Shown here in pieces: positions 21,494-33,959 of a DNA stretch of 64,000 bases (the stretch's first letter is position 1; each line of letters starts with the position of its first letter). The notes below the pieces were generated by a model, which saw only the letters and a list, made by a program, of their open reading frames with translations, was not told the DNA's origin and did no database searches. Location: positions 76,941,300 to 77,005,299 of the forward strand of contig NC_090387.1 of NCBI RefSeq assembly GCF_036365525.1, given 5' to 3'. This DNA comes from Heterodontus francisci. Taxonomy: Eukaryota. Position numbers and translations under genes: made by a program.

Positions 21494-24400
21494 TTAATAA
21501 AGTGTTCTCTTACCTTCACTGTAAGTTGTTTTTACATGGTCCACAATAATACCCGTCATTGCAAGTATTATCAAAACACTCAGAGCAAACCGAGCAAGAA
21601 TGAGGAGCCTGATGCTGAACCTATGACCTACAATGTGGATTAAAACAAAATATAAAACGGCTGTACATAAGTATTATCAAGTTGAAGCAACAATGATTGG
21701 TTTATACAGAGGAATTGGCTAGTCTAAATCTTACGCCATATGTATTGATATTAAATCACTTAAATCGGAGTTAACCGTCTGAAAGAAAAAAACTCAAATT
21801 GAGCTCGACAGACTTGGCACTATGGTAACGCCGACGATGGTGCCTTCCACTTCCATAGAGGCGCTGCCGTTTCCAGCTATCACCTATATCTCAGGCAGTA
21901 GTCTTCTTTTCATGCCCAGATGGAGGTTGTATGTGAACATAAGACTCCGATGGCTGCTTTGGATCGAACTGGTGCGCCCTACACTTTCTGTCGAGCTTTA
22001 CTAGCGATAAAGATACAGAGATACTGAACGGGATCGTTCAATTTACTTCTCAGTGGTTAAGCAAAGCAACGGCTTCCCACTGGAACCCGTGAAAATAATT
22101 TGGGTGGGCTGGTGCAACTCGGGTATCCCCACCTCCGCGGTCATGGAGCACCGCCAATTCAGCTTGTTGCCCACCCACCTGTTTCTAGCCTGCCCTGTGA
22201 ACTCTATCAGGAGCTCGATCTTCGATTTCTGACGGCTCTCCCGGACAAGCACATGTGTAGGAAATGCCGTCAGCTCGAGTAGCTTGAGCTCCCGGTTTTT
22301 GGAGCTTGAGCAGCAGCTGGAAACATTGTGGCCCATCCGCGAAGCTGCGAATTTGGCGCATAGCACTTTTTCGATGTGGTCACCCCGCAGCTTAAGCGTA
22401 TGCATGTGGAAAAGGAATGGATGGCCACCAGGCAGTCATGAAGGACCACACAGGTAGTGCCGGAATCGCCTGAATGCATCTCACTCACCAAGCGATATTC
22501 CATTCTGAATACCGGTCAGAGTGATGGTGACTCTGGCGGTGACGGTGGGTGGGGGCGCGGGGGGGAGGGGTGTGGGGGGCGGGGGGGGGGGGGGTGTGGT
22601 AAGAGACTAGGAAGCAGGACCTCAAAAGTAGCAATCTCCAGATTACTCCCTGTTCCACGCATAAGTGAATATTGAAATAGAAAGGTACAGTAGATAAATG
22701 TGTGCCTGGAGAGATGGCCATGAGGAAGGGCTTTAGATTTCTAAGACATTGGGACCGGTTCTGGACGCGTGGGACCTGTACATGCTGAGCAGGTTGCACC
22801 GGAACCTACCAGGAAATGTTTGCTTGCAGGGCGATTTACTAGTGCTACTGACGAGAGTTTAAACAACTTAACAGGCGTGTGGAAAATACCAAGTATTATG
22901 ACAAAGGAAAAACAAGGTGTACCGAGAATTAAGAGAGCAGATAGCACGATAGCAGGAAATAGTTAGGAAATAGGTGGGGTCAAAGTAAGAGGGAATGTCA
23001 TAAGTTCTAAATTAGGTTTACCGTGCCAGCATGTGACTGCACGGACTGTGATAAATAAGGTTAGTAAGCTGCAGGCACAGATAGCCAAATGGACATATCT
23101 TGTTATGACAATAACAGAGATCTAGCTCAAAAAACGAGAGCAGTGGATAATAAATATTCATGGATACAAGGTGCTTAGGAAAGACAGAGAAGGAAAGGAA
23201 AGAGGAGGGGTAGCAATACTGATTAAGGAGAATATTACGGTGTTGGAGAGAGAGCATGCCCCAGAGTAAATAAGGACAAAATCTATATAGTTAGAGCTAA
23301 GAAACAAGGGCAGTACCATTCCAGTATTGGGTGTTTCCATAGGCCACCAACTAGCGGGAAAGATATAAAGGACCAAATTCGCAAGGCAATTACAGAGAGG
23401 TGCAAGAATTATAGAGTAGTTATAATGGGGGACTTTAATTAATTTTCTATAGTCACAACTGGATAAGGCAAGACTGCAGATGTAAGATCTGTTCCATTGG
23501 TTGTAGGATTGCTTAGACCTGTTTATCACATGCTGCTTCTGCTGTTTGGCATGCAGGTAGTCCTGTCTTATAGCTTCACCAGGCTGACACTTCATTTTAG
23601 GTATGCCTGGTGCTGCTCCTGGCATGCCCTCCTACACTAGTCATAGAATCAGGGTTGGTCCCCGAGCTTGATGGTAACGGTGGAATGGGGGATATGCCAG
23701 GCCATGATGCTAAAGGTTGTGGTCGAATACAATTCTGTTGCTGCTGATGGCCCACTGTGCCTCATTGAGGTATTAGGTGCCAGATTTGTTCGAACTCTCT
23801 CCCATTTAGCATGGTGGTAGTGGCACACTACCACCTCGAGGCAGCCAACATCCCCAAGTTATACACACTACTGAGCCTGCGGCGCTTGAGATGGCTTGGC
23901 CATGTGAGCCGCATGGAAAATGTCAGGATCCTCAAGGACCTATTGTACAGTGAACTCATCACTGGTATCAGACCCACCGGCCGTCCATGCCTCCGCTTTA
24001 AAGACGTCTGCAAGCGCGACATGAAATCCTGTGACATTGACCACAAGTGGTGGGAGTCAGTTGCCAAAGGAGAAGAAGAAGGGACTGGCACACAACATGT
24101 GGGACAAAGATAGCAGTCATTTCGACAAAGTTGGATCTATTAAGTAAAGCCAACACGGATTTATTAAGGACAAATAGTGTTTAACAAAAGTGATCAGTTT
24201 TCTTTTTTTTTGACAAGAATAAGCAAGACTAAAATAAAAGCAAAATACTGCGGATGCTGGAAATCTGAAATAAAAACAAGAAATGCTGGAACCACTCAGC
24301 AGGTCTGGTAGCATCTGTGGAAGGAGAAGCAGAGTTAACGTTTCGGGTCAGTGACCCTTCTTCGAAGTTCCGAAGAAGGGTCACTGAACCGAAACGTTAA

Positions 24401-27400
24401 CTCTGCTTCTCTTTCCACAGATGCTGCCAGACCTGTTGAGTGGTTCCAGCATTTCTTGTGTACATTATATAAGCAAGACTAAAACATTGGTTCATCCTCA
24501 GCTAGAGTATTGTGCTCATTTCTAGACAGCACACTTTCAGGGGGATGGAGTGTATTAGAGAGAGGGCAGCAAAGATTCACGAAATGGTTCCAGTGATGAG
24601 GAATTTCAGCAACATGGATAGATTGGCGAAGTTCTCTTTGGAGGAGACAAGATTAGAGGAGATTTGATAGAGGCATTCAAAATCATTAGGGTTCTGGACT
24701 GGGAAGAAAATCCTCCCATTGGTGGAAGAATCGAGAACCAGAGGACACCAGTTTACGGCGATTGGCAAAAGAAGCAACGGCAACATGAAGAAAAACGTTT
24801 TTACACCGGGAGTGATTAGGATCTGGAATGCCCTGCATGACAATGTGGTGGTAGCAGATTCAATTGAGGCCTTTAAGAGAGAATTGGATAATTATTTGAT
24901 CAGAAATATTTTTCTGTATTATGAGGAAAAGGCAGGGGACTGAGAATAGATGAGTTGCTGCTGCAGAGGGCCGCACGGGCATAACGAACTGAATGGCCTC
25001 CTTGTGTGTTATAACAATTTTAGGATTCAGTGATCCCACTCAAGTCGCCTAAATTTGATTCTCTTAATGGAAAACTAGCTCTCACCAGCACAGGGACTAA
25101 GTGGCAAATTGTCTTCATCTGCACAATAATTGCCATCATTCCTTGAATCTACTTTAGCAACTACAGTGGTTAAAATGTGTTCCGAACGTTTCTTGAGCCC
25201 TTATTTATTAGCCTGTGGACTCCAGATCCATGGTGGCAAACAGAGCGGATTTAGAAACAATTCGGCATGCCTCGCCACTTTACAATAAATAGAGCGCAGA
25301 GGTTGATGAAGGAAATGCTAGGAAGAGTTCATTTATATTTTTGCAAAAGTTCTACATGTGAAGCAAATTCAGGCTGACGTCATTCTGGTTGATTTTGACA
25401 AATGGTATGTCGGCCAGTCTCTCTTTGAGGATCAGTAGAATTCTAGCAGAGCTCTATCCGATTCAATTTAGGATCAATGCAGTCGAGACTGTTGATGTAC
25501 TATATAGAGGTGTCGCCTCTAGCAATAGCCGTAAATGTGCTAATACCATCAAATAGGGACAGAAGAGCACGAGATTAATAATATTCAAGGAAATCTGAGT
25601 ATTCGAGGAAATGCTCCTGCGCGATGTTCAGGGTGGCACAGTGGCGCAGTAGTTAGCACCGCAGCCTCACAGCTCCAGCGACCCGCGTTTAGTTCTGGGT
25701 ACTGTCTGTGCGGAGTTTGCAAGTTCTCCCTGTGATCGCGTGGGTTTCCTCCCACAGCCAAAGACTTGCAGGTTGATTTGTAAATTGGCCATTGTAAATT
25801 GCCCCTAGTGCAGGTAGGTGGTAGGGAATATGGGGTTAATGTAGGGTTAGTATAAATGGGTGGTTGTTGGTCGGCACAGACGTGGTGGGCTGAAGGGCCT
25901 GTTTCCGTGCTGTATCTCTAAATAAAAAGTAAAATAAAAATATGTTGGCGGTAGTTCCACGCTGCACATGCCCCAATCTTACCTTTCTGAACAATGTAGC
26001 TGACATTGGCGGGCACCAGAAGAGAGACATGATATACCAGGCAGGTATAAACAACTCCGCTAGGGACAGGTTGTGCTTCTTCCAAAAAACTGGAAACCTC
26101 ATATAGTCCCTCTGCGCTCCAGCTTTTCACAGTTTCTACTCCGGTCAAAATTTCGACACCGTCCCTTCGCCAGGAGGTTACTAACTGCTCCGGATAAAAG
26201 GCAGCTGTTTTACACTCGAGTTTCAGAGAAGTAGTTGAAATCCCTTCAACAGGAACGATTTCCAGCGGGGTGGGGGGAACTTAGAAAGAAATATATATAC
26301 AGGCAATTTTGTGTTCACTATAAAGAATCCCATCCTCATTTGCTTATGCTTGTTATGATGTTAAAGTCCTACTATCACATTAGTTACCCGTTAAAAAAAA
26401 ACTTTGTGTTTCATTTGTTTGATAAATCGTTTCACGGCGCAGAGCAAAATTGCAAATGACACACAAAAAGAATGATGCTCAGAGCTGGTAATATGCAGGG
26501 CGGCAATCGTCACTGTTCTGAATGGAAATATCAGATCCTGAAGCGGTATTGGTTTTGGCAGCAGTTGTTCCGTGTGAGAATTCCGTCCGAATTTATCGGA
26601 CAGGTCTGTACGGAACAGTGGAATCCTCTCTTGTTATTCAATAACAACCTTTGATGTATTAAACATTTTGCGTGTGTTTTCTTTTCAAATTTGGGTGTCT
26701 TTCGTATATCGCATGTGCTATAAACATTTAACGGTGAACAATGAGATGAAATTTGTTGCTAATATTTGCATTATATATCGAAATATTTTTATGTCTACAT
26801 ATGCTGCAGACAGAATGCTGTTATATGATTAGATCGAATCCGTTCACTAAAATTTACTACACAACATATTGATGTTTGTGGTGGAAATTTTAGATCGTGT
26901 AGCTTTCACGTAAGGAATTTTCTCCGGAGTGGGAATCGAATCTTGGAGATTTTTCAGATCATGTCGTTAATTATGGATTGCGGCGTAAATCACAACCTCC
27001 ATACAGATGAGGAAAAGCGAAAGTTAAATCATAACTCAGAATGCATGCCTTATATAATCTCTGAGTTTTTGCCTCTTCCAAGTCCATTCTGGCTTTTCTT
27101 TTTTCGTTCATGGGATGTGAGCGCCAGCATTTATTATCTGTTCCGAATTGCCCTTGGTCTGTTGAAAACCTTTTGCCTGCCGAAGATTCGGCTTATATAG
27201 AACATAGAACATTACAGCGCAGTACAGGCCCTTCGGCCCTCGATGTTGCGCCGACCTGTGAAACCATCTGACCTACACTATTCCATTTTTATCCATATGT
27301 CTATCTAATGACCACTTAAATGCCCTTAAAGTTGGCGAGTCTACTACCGTTGCAGGCAGAGCGTTCCACGCCCCTACTACTCTCTGAGTAAAGAAACTAC

Positions 27401-30316
27401 CTCTGACATCTGTCCTATATCTATCACCCCTCAACTTAAAGCTATGTCCCTTCGTGTTTGCCATCACAATCCGAGGAAAAAGACTCTCACTATCCACCCT
27501 ATCTAACCCTCTTATATCTTATATGTCTCTATTAAGTCACCTCTCCTCCTTCTCTCTAACGAAAACAAAGAACAAAGAAAATTACAGCACAGGAACAGAC
27601 CCTTCGGCCCTCCAAGCCTGCGCCGATCCAGATCCTCTATCTAAACATGTCGCCTATTTTCTAAGGGTCTGTATCTCTTTGCTTCCTGCCCATTCATGTA
27701 TCTGTCTAGATACATCTTAAAAGACGCTATCGTGCCCGCGTCTACCACCTCCGCTGGCAACGCGTTCCAGGCACCCACCACCCTCTGCGTAAAGAACTTT
27801 CCATGCATATCCCCCCTAAACTTTTCCCCTCTCACTTTGAACTCGTGACCCCTAGTAATTGAATCCCCCACTCTGGGAAAAAGCTTCTTGCTATCCACCC
27901 TGTCTATATATCTCATGATTTTGTACACCTCAATCAGGTCCCCCCTCAACCTCCGTCTTTCTAATGAAAATAATCCTAATCTGCTCAACCTCTCTTCATA
28001 GCTAGCGCCCTCCATACCAGGCAACATCCTGGTGAACCTCCTCTGCACCCTCTCCAAAGCATCTACATCCTTTTGGTAATGTGGCGACCAGAACTGCACG
28101 CAGTATTCCAAATGTGGCCGAACCAAAGTCTTATACAACTGTAACATGACCTGCCAACCCTTGTACTCAATACCCTCAAAACAACCTCAAGTCCCTCAGC
28201 CTTTCCTCGTAAGACCTTCCCTCCATACCAGGCAACATCCTAGTAAATCTCCTCTGCACCCTTTCCAAAGCTTCCGCATTCTTCCTATGAATATGAATCC
28301 TACAATCGTCTTTTACTCAAATGAATATGTGTCTGCTCAATCTATATTCACCGTTTAGCTTGAAGTAGAGCAAATTATGGCATTGCAATGTTTTGTTTTT
28401 AACAGTTCATGACAATTTCCTTAATATATTTCCTCTAGATTTTTGCTTACCGAATTTGTAGTAATAGCAAGATGTTAAATTAATGGCATTATTATTTAGA
28501 AAAATATTAAGACCTTTATTCTCAGCAGCATCCTATTAACGGTCAAACAAAGCTCAAAATTCCTCCTTTCTTTTATCCTGGATTTTTTTTTAGCTAGAAT
28601 ATATAGCGTGCTAGAATTTCCGTGGAGTAGAGGAGGGCGGTGTTCTCCTACTCTTCTACCATAACGCCAGTCTGCGATTGTTGGAGTGTATATGTAAATC
28701 GTGAATTGGAAAGTTCAGTGATATCCTCCCTACATTTAACATGCTGTGAGAGTATAACCGAAAGTCCAATTGGCAGATTAACAGAGGTCCAAATAGGTGC
28801 ATTGGGTTCCTATACTCTCCTGCAAGCTCAAGGAATTGGGATGGAACCTGGCAATGAAGCTAAAATCAACACCACACCGCTCAGTAGATTGTAAGATTTC
28901 TTTGTAAACTGAGATTAGCAGCCTCAAACAAGATCTCGCTGGACACAAGTGCACAGCTTAAATATGGAGATAGGAAGAAGAATAGGCCACTCAGCCCCTC
29001 GACCCTGTCCCGTCATTCAGTTAGATCATGGTTGATTTTTACCTCAAATCCATTTGTCCACTATCCGTTGGTAAGCCAACCTAACAAAAATATATTCACC
29101 TTAAGCTTGGAAATGCTATGTGTCCCACCTTCCACAGCGTTCTTTGGGAGAGAGTTCCAAATGTTGGATAATACTGCAGATAAAAATATTAGGCTGGCAA
29201 GTTCAAGCAGTTAGGCCAATCATTTCCTATTGTATAAAATATCCAGGTTGTAGCAGGACGCTGTTCTTCTGAACTTATAATTAAGGCACCTTGTTGGGGT
29301 GGAATAGATAGCCTTTAATGTGAAATAGAAGACTTGATCTTGAGGTTTTAAAATTATTTCTATTGTCACTCCTTGGCACCGTTATTTTGGTGAGAAGGTG
29401 TCTGGCCATCTAATTTGATTAATTAATTTGAAGCTAAGATTTAAACATTTATACTATTTGGGAAACATGTCTTTGTAACAATTGCAACTGTACTTCAAAA
29501 AGAACTCATCGGATGTAAAGTATTTTTGAATGTCATGACGACAATCTGGTGGATGAAATTGGTCTCGGGCAAAAGCCCAAATCGGATATTAATGAATCCG
29601 TGGCCGTTGCACACCGGAATCAACGGAAAAGAAAATCCAGAGAAGTGTAGAACGAATTTTCTATCACCAATTTTTCGTCCAGCGATAAAAGTTCAAATTA
29701 CGTATATCACACACAGCTGAAAAACACCCACTCCCCGGTACAATGACACTTACCATACACAGTAATCTGGGAGCCACTTCCATTTCCAGCAAAGTTTTGT
29801 GAATATCTTACTTTACAGTAATATACTCCGGAGTCTGCGACACTCGCATTTAGGACATGAAACGAACCACTTCCCTTTGCCACATTAAATCGCTTTCTGC
29901 TGTCTGGTTCTAGAAACGAATCATTGCCGCGTCTCCACCAATAAATATCAGGAGCATCTTGAAATATGGGAAATATGCAGAACATGGAAACATTTGCACC
30001 TCTGGCCACTTTCAAGAATTTAGGGAATTGATCCACTTTGCTTGAAGTTACTTCAGCGGCTATCATAAAATGAAAAGAATGATGATATAGTGTGCATATT
30101 TTATAGAAAGAACAAATATTAGAACTTAGAATTTTAAAACATCACTAAATTGATAACGTAACTTCAAAGACGGAAGAAAGAAATGTTCACAAAACCTGAG
30201 GAACTTTGATAACATCAGCTTTTTATCGATAAGCGTGGAACTGCAAGATAAACAAACACACCTTTGCAAAAAATTCCCAGAAAAAATATACACGAAATCC
30301 AGGAGTTGACCATCAT
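21494..30316 (-). CDS. Gene B: activating-type VJ-C1 IgSF receptor; exons 30316-30262, 30059-29754, 26279-25983, 21627-21514 (then an unidentified small exon, or read-through to the stop ending at 21494)
   Basis: All four exons are open and in phase 1 with GT-AG boundaries; TM contains Arg; short tail. Confidence 0.82.
21514..21627 (-). CDS. Gene B transmembrane exon with intramembrane Arg
   Basis: GHRFSIRLLILARFALSVLIILAMTGIIVDHVKTTYSE; paralogous to 62851-62957; acceptor cacattgtag, donor G|gtaaga. Confidence 0.85.
22190..23450 (+). mobile_element. Degraded CR1 LINE (ORF1 remnant and endonuclease) in gene B intron 3
   Basis: CRKCRQLE and SRTSKVAISRLLPVP match ORF1 at 320-1267; GGGVAILIKE-type endonuclease remnant. 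Confidence 0.8.
23460..23825 (-). mobile_element. LINE fragment of the same family as 45630-47450
   Basis: Shared sequence GCATGCAGGTAGTCCTGT...GCTTCACCA with 47400-47445. Confidence 0.6.
23828..24070 (+). mobile_element. RTE-clade LINE 3' fragment
   Basis: RRLRWLGHVSRM...KDLLYSEL...RPTGRPCLRFKDVCKRDMK, the typical RTE ORF C-terminus. Confidence 0.85.
24100..25020 (+). mobile_element. CR1 3' fragment interrupted by a Penelope palindrome
   Basis: QHGFIKDK, SRTRGHQF and IRIWNAL motifs. Confidence 0.75.
24235..24468. mobile_element. Palindromic Penelope pseudo-LTR insertion with 16-bp target-site duplication (TSD)
   Basis: Inverted arms centred near 24365; ATAAGCAAGACTAAAA at 24219-24234 and 24469-24484. 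Confidence 0.85.
25632..25940 (+). mobile_element. HE1/V-SINE-like SINE just past the gene B C1 exon
   Basis: Same head, core and tail as 15583-15880. Confidence 0.85.
25983..26279 (-). CDS. Gene B C1-set exon
   Basis: VPPTPLEIVP...LKLECKTAAFYPEQLVTSWRRDG...GLYEVSSFL...YTCLVYHVSL; donor G|gtaaga. Confidence 0.93.
27197..28290 (-). mobile_element. Two nested CR1 3' ends in gene B intron 2
   Basis: Younger copy (about 27569-28177; [15 protein letters not shown]...) splits an older CR1 3' end; AAAACAA at 27562-27568 and 28178-28184. Confidence 0.88.
29754..30059 (-). CDS. Gene B VJ exon
   Basis: KVDQFP...VSMFC...IYWWR...DSGVYYCKVRYSQNFAGNGSGSQITVY; donor G|gtaagt. Confidence 0.95.
30262..30316 (-). 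CDS. Gene B leader exon (MMVNSWISCIFFLGIFCK)
   Basis: 55-nt exon, same length as the gene D leader; donor AAAG|gtgtgt. Confidence 0.75.
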
Positions 30317-31684
30317 TCTCAGTGAGGAACATTAAACTAGCCAGCGACTACAGGAAATCAAAAAGCTCCTGGACCTCTGGAAGCCACGGGTTTGCATTTG
30401 ATCTAGAGTTACGTGTACTGTCACGTGCTAATTGTACACTTTCAAATAATGGATTTCCTTTGTTAAACCAGATCACTGAGGCATAACTTTCAGCAAGGAT
30501 TGTGATATGATCCAACTAGGCCATAACTGAAAGCAAACAGGAAGGGACATTTTTTCCCGAAATTAATTCTGTCGATTGTTGGAATATGTTTCTTAAACAA
30601 GTACTATAGTCAATTGCTTTTGAATGATGATCAGCCTGGTAAGTCTGGAGGAATGGGATGAGATGTTTCCGGTTATCGGGTGGCGGCGACATCCGAATCA
30701 CAGGGAAAGTTTCGCAATGCTCGTTAATTTTAGACAGGTCCGAATGCATTCTAAAAGATAATCCTGTACGAGAGATGGGGGCCTGACCAATATTGTGAGC
30801 GGAGTGTAGTTCACACTTATGATTAACTGCAGTTACTTAAAAGATCAATGACACTTAAGGATGTTGTAGTTATATGGGTAACTCACATTTGTCAAACCTG
30901 CGCAATTTTTGTAACTTACGTATCTTTGTAACTTGGCTCCTTCCAGATTGCACTTCATTCTGGGTGCAAACGAGGAGGAAACTGGCTGTGTATGCTCAAT
31001 GCTTATTCTTATGACTATAAAGCACCGTTTATTGTGTTGCTTGATTTCATTTCGCTGATGCCACCAATACACCCTGATCAGTTGAAACAGCCCTCCTGCC
31101 TGCGCATTGAATGCAGTTGCACAATTATGACTAACAGTCGAACTGTTATGTTAATGAGCTTAAATTCATGCTTAAATGCAACGACCCACATTCTTCTGGA
31201 AGTAGTAAGAGTGTGTTTATCTGATCAATGTTTGTGCAAATGTAACAAATGCTTAACTTCCGACGTGATGGGAAACTGTTGGATAAACTGACCGGTCCAC
31301 CGCATACCTATCAATCTTATTAATCTATTTCCTATGAATGTTGGAACTAGCAAGTGAGAAAAAAAAGAATGAAAGAGGAACCACCCACCGTGTCAGTTTA
31401 TGAGCGTTGTATAGAATCCCCTCATCCTGTTGCCTGATCATAGTGCCCAGATCCACCTGAATTCACAGACGCTGGCCTCGTGGCTTCCGGTATAGGATGC
31501 CAGTGTCTATCATAGTCTATGGGTATCCCATTGACGTTGCCTTCTGATCAAATACCCCATTGCAAACTTATTTGATGCGTGTATGTACGGTGAACATCCA
31601 TGTTGCCATTTATCCCATTCACTATGTATCTGTATTGTTGCAGGTTGTATGGCTACTTTCCATGTCCGGTTCGTTTATTTTGCT

Positions 31685-31822
31685 ATAATAAAAGCAAAAT
31701 ACTGCGGATGCTGGAAATCTGAAACAAAAACAAGAAATGCTGGAATCACTCAGCAGGTCTGGCAGCATCTGTGGAAAGAGAAGCAGAGTTAACGTTTCTG
31801 GTCAGTGACCCTTCTTCGGAAC
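31685..31822 (-). mobile_element. Solo Penelope pseudo-LTR with 13-bp TSD
   Basis: CGTTTATTTTGCT at 31672-31684 and 31823-31835; absent from the paralogous region near 53750. Confidence 0.85.
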
Positions 31823-33959
31823 CGTTTATTTTGCTGAAGCTCTTGTTCTTGGCATGTTAACTATTAGGTCGCCTCAGACATAACAAACGTAATAGTTGCG
31901 GAACGATTGAGCTGTTTCTGCGCTGGAGAAAATAGTAATAAGCTAGGCCAGGATTGTCATCCATATTTGGAGCAAGCAACTGAAACGAGGCTTGATGTAT
32001 GAAATGGTTCGTTAAAGGTTATTCAGGAATAATACGTTGACTCTGGAACAAATTAGCAGAAGATAAACTTAAAAGTGATAGCTCTAAGATTTATTTTCAA
32101 ACAGGAGTGGTCGAGATGTGGAAAGGACTTCCAGTTGGAGTAGTGCAGATTTTTTTTAAAAGAATAATTTCAGAAACAATTGTATTCTCCGTTCAGAGAT
32201 CGTGGGGTCTTTCAGCGCGCACGCTCCAAATTTCTTCTCTCACCTGCATCTGCTTTACTACAATGTATGTGTCGATGTGAATGTTCCCAATGAACCAAGA
32301 TTGCGCATTGCCATGTGCTATGCCGACTCACCATTGGGAATGACGCATGAAGCATGGTCAGTTAGGTAAGGATGCAGGAGAGCTAATGATGTCAACGAAT
32401 GCTTATCTGATTCACTTTCGTGAGCATAAGACAAACTGGGAGGAAAGGGAAGCAACATTGTTCTAAATCGGCTTCTGCATTTTTGAAAGCAGGTGAACTG
32501 AGTTAAGCATTTGTGATTTGTGGCGTTTACAAAGCATCTTTTCCTCTTTATTTTACAAGTGATTTTGTGTTCACCCCTTTCCCATGGGAAAGTGGGACTA
32601 CCAGGTCTTCATCTTGAAGTTTCATTACAACTAAGTGGGTTGCTTTACCTTTTCAGAAGACGGTTCAGAGTCAACCACTTTAGGTTTGTACTCGAGTCAC
32701 ATGTAGGGCAAATGGCAGGCCTGTTTCCATGAAGGAGTGAACCGATCATTCATCGTTAGCCCATTTGTGAACCTTGCGTTATTACAACAATGGAATTTTA
32801 CAACAATCCAACAGCTTCCTATACAATTGTACTGATACCACCTTTGTACACCTTTAGTCACATCGCTAAAGTGACTTAACTGAAACATTTTTACATATCG
32901 TGCTTTTTATTTCATGGCTTTTTATTTTTAAGCTGCATTCAAATTCTCCAACTGTCATGTTGAGGTTTCAACTCACACGCGCTCCTAACTACACTACCGT
33001 ACTTATTGTAATTCCTCGGTCAGAAAACAGCAACTAGTATTTTGTCAGTCACACAATCTGGAGTCATAAGGCTATGGGTACATTTCCTCTTGCGAAAGTG
33101 CTTCCTCGCACGACCGCAGATCAATTCCAATCGACCTACTTTAAATTGCAATTCTTAGAATTTGGCAAATGGCACATAGAGAGGCCGTGGTGGATTATAC
33201 ACGGTAAATTTCGGTACTGAGTTGACTGAGTGAATTAATATTAACATCTGCACAAGTGCAACTGATGCTTCCTGGGCAGAAATTTAAAGACGGTAAACAA
33301 CCTATCACCGCTGAGCTGCTGTTTTAAACATATTGCTAAACATTCGCCCTGAATGAGCAATCATTCTGACATGGTCAGTAACACTTCCATCACAAGCATG
33401 GTTAGAAAAGCGCATATAGCGATTTGAAAGCTTCATTGAGAATGCAAATGCATCTGAGTCACGACTCAATGGGTATAAGTTCGTCATGAGCGATAGCGCA
33501 CGAAACGGACGGTAGCAAAACGGTAGCCCGTTTTAAATTCTGACCGATTATCGTTTTGCGCTTCAAAGGAAAATAATCTGATGCAGTGGAAACGGAATTT
33601 CAATTCACTGTCTCCCATTTTTCCCATCACGGCGAATTTATACCCGAATATACCACTGGGACAGGTTTTGTGCTTCTGAGATGAGAGAAATCGGACAGGG
33701 TGTATAATGCGTGGCCGATCCACTACCATCATTCTGCTCTGCCAACAAGGTTGGATTTCATTCCCTGGTTGTTGTCGTATCAAAGTGACTGCAGCAACAG
33801 ATCGAAGGCCACAGCTTAAAACCGGTCTTCTGTAACTCTCAACCCAAGGGCTAAGTGAACTAAAATTAGGGAGGAAATAAATATATTTAGATTTAAAATT
33901 GTGCCGCAATGGGCTGTTGCTCCTGGAGATAAGGTTAAAACCATTTTTAACAGTGCAAA

